In this document: positions 49,766 to 52,331 of the stretch, one piece after another | Numbering within the stretch: the stretch's first letter is position 1 | Layout of the letters: every line of letters begins with the position of its first letter | NCBI GenBank assembly: GCA_964498825.1 | Contig: CAZCKG010000001.1 | Span: 1 to 52,331 of the forward strand | Direction: 5' to 3' | Origin: an uncultured Methanosarcinales archaeon | Lineage (GTDB): Archaea > Halobacteriota > Methanosarcinia > Methanosarcinales > Methanosarcinaceae | Length of the DNA stretch: 52,331 nucleotides | Program-made: the position numbers and the translations under genes | Notes under the pieces: generated by a model | Databases searched by the model: none | Told to the model about the DNA's origin: nothing | Seen by the model: only the letters and a program-made list of their open reading frames with translations

Positions 49766-50590
49766 ATGATCAGGCTCGAAAAAGTTAGTTACAGTTATCC
49801 TAATGGGGCTTTTGCTCTTGAGAACATAAATTTGGCAATAAAAAAAGGAGAGTTCGTAGGGATAATTGGTAAAAACGGAAGTGGCAAGTCCACACTTGCC
49901 CTTCACCTAAACGGGATCCTGAGACCCCAGACAGGCAGGGTAGTGATAAGGGGCATGGATACCCGTGACCCTGAAAATCTTCAAAGTATACGGAAATTTA
50001 TAGGTATTGTATTCCAGAATCCTGAAACTCAGTTTGTTGGAAGAACAGTCGAAGAAGATCTGGCTTTCGGCCCCGAAAATCTCTGTTTTCCCCCGGTAGA
50101 AATCAGAAAATATGTGGATACGATTCTTGCTGAAACAGGGCTTGAAAAATATAAATATCATTCTCCAAAAACCCTGAGTGGGGGGCAGAGGCAGTGTGTG
50201 GCTCTGGCTGGAGTTCTTGCTATGAGACCCGAATGTCTCGTTTTTGATGAAGTAACTTCCATGCTTGACCCTGATTCAAGTAAAGCTGTGCTCGAACGCA
50301 TAAAAAAACTGCATGAAAAAGGAAAAACCATTGTATATATAACCCATAACCTCGAAGAACTTCATGCTGCAGACAGGATCATTGCCATAGAAAAAGGAAG
50401 GATAATACTTGAAGGGGATCCTGAGAGCATTTTTTCGGATTCTTCCCTCCGAAGCCTGAGACTTCCCATGCCTTCCCTTCTTGAGCTGGCAGCAAATTTG
50501 AAGGCTCACGGGATCACAATCCCCTGGGAAAAAGTGTCTTCACCTGAGAGCTTTGCGGAGGAGATATGCCAATTATTCTTGAAAACGTAA
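49766..50590 (+). CDS. ecfA: ECF transporter ATPase A1
   Basis: GKNGSGKST, VFQNPETQF, LSGGQRQ, FDEVTSMLDP. Confidence 0.92.
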   Translation: MIRLEKVSYSYPNGAFALENINLAIKKGEFVGIIGKNGSGKSTLALHLNGILRPQTGRVVIRGMDTRDPENLQSIRKFIGIVFQNPETQFVGRTVEEDLAFGPENLCFPPVEIRKYVDTILAETGLEKYKYHSPKTLSGGQRQCVALAGVLAMRPECLVFDEVTSMLDPDSSKAVLERIKKLHEKGKTIVYITHNLEELHAADRIIAIEKGRIILEGDPESIFSDSSLRSLRLPMPSLLELAANLKAHGITIPWEKVSSPESFAEEICQLFLKT

Positions 50591-51408
50591 GTTTCTCATA
50601 CTCCAGAAACACTCCTCTCGAAACTTACGCTTTGAGAAACATTAACCTGCAGATAGGGAAAGGAGAATTTGTGGGAATACTGGGAGAAAAAGGTGCAGGC
50701 AAATCAACTCTTTTGAAAATGTTTAATGGACTACTACACCCTGAGACTGGAACTGTTCGCGTGGACGGGCTTGATCCGTCCTCAAGAGATGTAAAACGCA
50801 GGATAGGAATGGTTTTTCAACAGGCTTCAGACCAGCTCTTTTGCAGGACTGTCTATGACGAAATAGCCTTCGGACCTTTAAATTTCGGTTACTCAAAAGA
50901 AGAGACAAAAGAAAGAGTGGTTGAGGCTATTGAAGCTGTTTCTCTTGACCACTCCATGCTTTCTCGAGACCCCTTCAGCCTGAGCGGAGGAGAGATGCAA
51001 AGGGTTGCCCTTGCAAGTGCTCTTGCCCTCAGGCCAGATTATCTGATACTGGACGAACCCATAACAGGGCTTGACCCAGGTGGGAAGAAGGAGATTCTCG
51101 ATACTTTTAAAAAAGTACAGGGTAGAGGAACTGCAGTTATAGCAGTAACTCACAATCTTAAAGGGTTTTTCCCATTACTGGAGAGAATAGTTCTCATCAG
51201 GGAAGGCAGAATAGCATTTCAGGGAAGCAGAGAAGATTATCTTAAGGCTGGGTGCACTCCTCTTCCTCCGATAGCCTCCTTGATGAAGGAACTTAAAGCA
51301 AGAGGCTTGCCTGTCAACCCTGCAGTATTTACGGTTGAAGACGCTCTTGAAGAAATATTAAAAGTAAAAGCAGTGACTGAGAAAGAAAATATTGAAAATA
51401 AAAGGTGA
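50566..51408 (+). CDS. ecfA: ECF transporter ATPase A2
   Basis: GAGKST, DPFSLSGGEMQR, LDEPITGLDP. Confidence 0.92.
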   Translation: MPIILENVSFSYSRNTPLETYALRNINLQIGKGEFVGILGEKGAGKSTLLKMFNGLLHPETGTVRVDGLDPSSRDVKRRIGMVFQQASDQLFCRTVYDEIAFGPLNFGYSKEETKERVVEAIEAVSLDHSMLSRDPFSLSGGEMQRVALASALALRPDYLILDEPITGLDPGGKKEILDTFKKVQGRGTAVIAVTHNLKGFFPLLERIVLIREGRIAFQGSREDYLKAGCTPLPPIASLMKELKARGLPVNPAVFTVEDALEEILKVKAVTEKENIENKR

Positions 51409-51414
51409 GAGAAA

Positions 51415-52188
51415 ATGCAAGAGCCGGTCTTCAGTTATGTGCCTGGAGTTTCAGTCTTCCACAAGCTTGACCCCAGGACGAAAATTGCAGCAGTAATGCT
51501 ACTTGGTATTCTGGTGCTCAGGATTGAGAGCTTTGAAGAGATAGTAGCTCTCTTTGTACTTTTCTTTGCTCTCGCCTTGCTCTCAAGACTGTCGATGAGA
51601 TTACTTTTCGGAACAGTCAGGCCCATGCTGCTTTTCATATTATTTATATTTTTGACACAGCTATTTTTTACAGAAGGAAGAGCTATTGATTCCATCTGGA
51701 TCCTGAAGCCGAGTTTGGAGGGGTTTGAGAAAGGACTTCAGCTTGCTGCCCGATTCGTACTTCTCCTTCTGTTTGCATCCCTCCTTACAGCCACTACCGA
51801 CCCTTCTGCAATTACCTGTGGAGTAGAAAGAATTCTTCGACCTTTGCCACTCCGCTGGCTGGGAATCAGCTCCTTTGAGCTTGCTACAATGATGAATATT
51901 TCAATAGCTTTTCTTCCCCTTCTTTTTGAAAGAGTTGAGAGGACAAAATCCGCCCAGGTTGCAAGAGGAATGAATTTTGCTAAAAATCCATTTCATTCGA
52001 TTCCTGCCCTTACAATCCCGCTGCTAAGGGGAATTATCAGGGACGCAGGAGAACTGGCACTTGCAATGGAAAGCAGAGCTTATCAGGGAAAACGCCGGAC
52101 CTCAATATATGAAATTTCAATGCAGAAAAGGGATTGGATAGCTCTTTTGATCCTGACAGTCATTTTTATTTTTGTCCTGCATCTCTGA
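51415..52188 (+). CDS. ecfT: ECF transporter transmembrane component T
   Basis: HKLDPRTK, AQVARG, AMESRAY. Confidence 0.93.
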   Translation: MQEPVFSYVPGVSVFHKLDPRTKIAAVMLLGILVLRIESFEEIVALFVLFFALALLSRLSMRLLFGTVRPMLLFILFIFLTQLFFTEGRAIDSIWILKPSLEGFEKGLQLAARFVLLLLFASLLTATTDPSAITCGVERILRPLPLRWLGISSFELATMMNISIAFLPLLFERVERTKSAQVARGMNFAKNPFHSIPALTIPLLRGIIRDAGELALAMESRAYQGKRRTSIYEISMQKRDWIALLILTVIFIFVLHL

Positions 52189-52331
52189 AAACCAAGCATG
52201 GACAGATTTTAGATATAACCCTGGACTGAAAGATCAGCAATTACATCAGTATTTAAAAAGATGAACATATCAGCATACTGATTGAGATGTGCCTGGAACT
52301 ACAGCCTCGACTCCTCTTGCCGCAAGTTTGG

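Noticed and set aside
52270-52331. Possible 3' end of a minus-strand gene (KLAARGVEAVVPGTSQSVC)
   Set aside because: Truncated by the window edge and too short to support

Overview
Core chromosomal window of a methanogenic archaeon, almost certainly a Methanosarcina (gene set and order, archaeal TATA promoters, long AT-rich intergenic regions). From left to right: a metal/Fe-S/redox cluster (DUF1284-, DUF1847- and DUF134-like genes, Mrp ATPase); a tandemly duplicated thioredoxin-lipoprotein/ccdA unit whose second trx is doubly frameshifted; an anaerobic cobalamin operon (cbiT-L-F-G/G'-H-C); a DRE-TIM synthase and an isocitrate/isopropylmalate dehydrogenase; tatD, mbf1, pan, DUF99; ftsZ-secE-spt5-rpl11-rpl1-rpl10-rpl12; a radical SAM gene followed by a small repeat/MITE-like patch holding a SHOCT gene; HEAT, DUF62, QueG-like, ogt and M3 peptidase genes; a ThiC-family gene that looks BzaB/F-like; aglJ-like GT2; tbp; an orphan-smc-scpA-scpB operon; a DtxR regulator-feoB operon; a GNAT; tRNA-Arg(CCT); and bioY-ecfAA'T. 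I see no CRISPR array, prophage or intact transposase. The strongest unexplained signals are three exact TATA boxes at 32-bp spacing upstream of tbp, an inverted/direct-repeat-bounded SHOCT cassette beside a structured tandem repeat, a probable ATA start for cbiG, a ScpB C-terminal extra domain plus an orphan motif-repeat gene in the SMC operon, and a 23-aa upstream ORF coupled to a CPVC membrane peptide. All family calls come from motif recognition only; no database searches were run.
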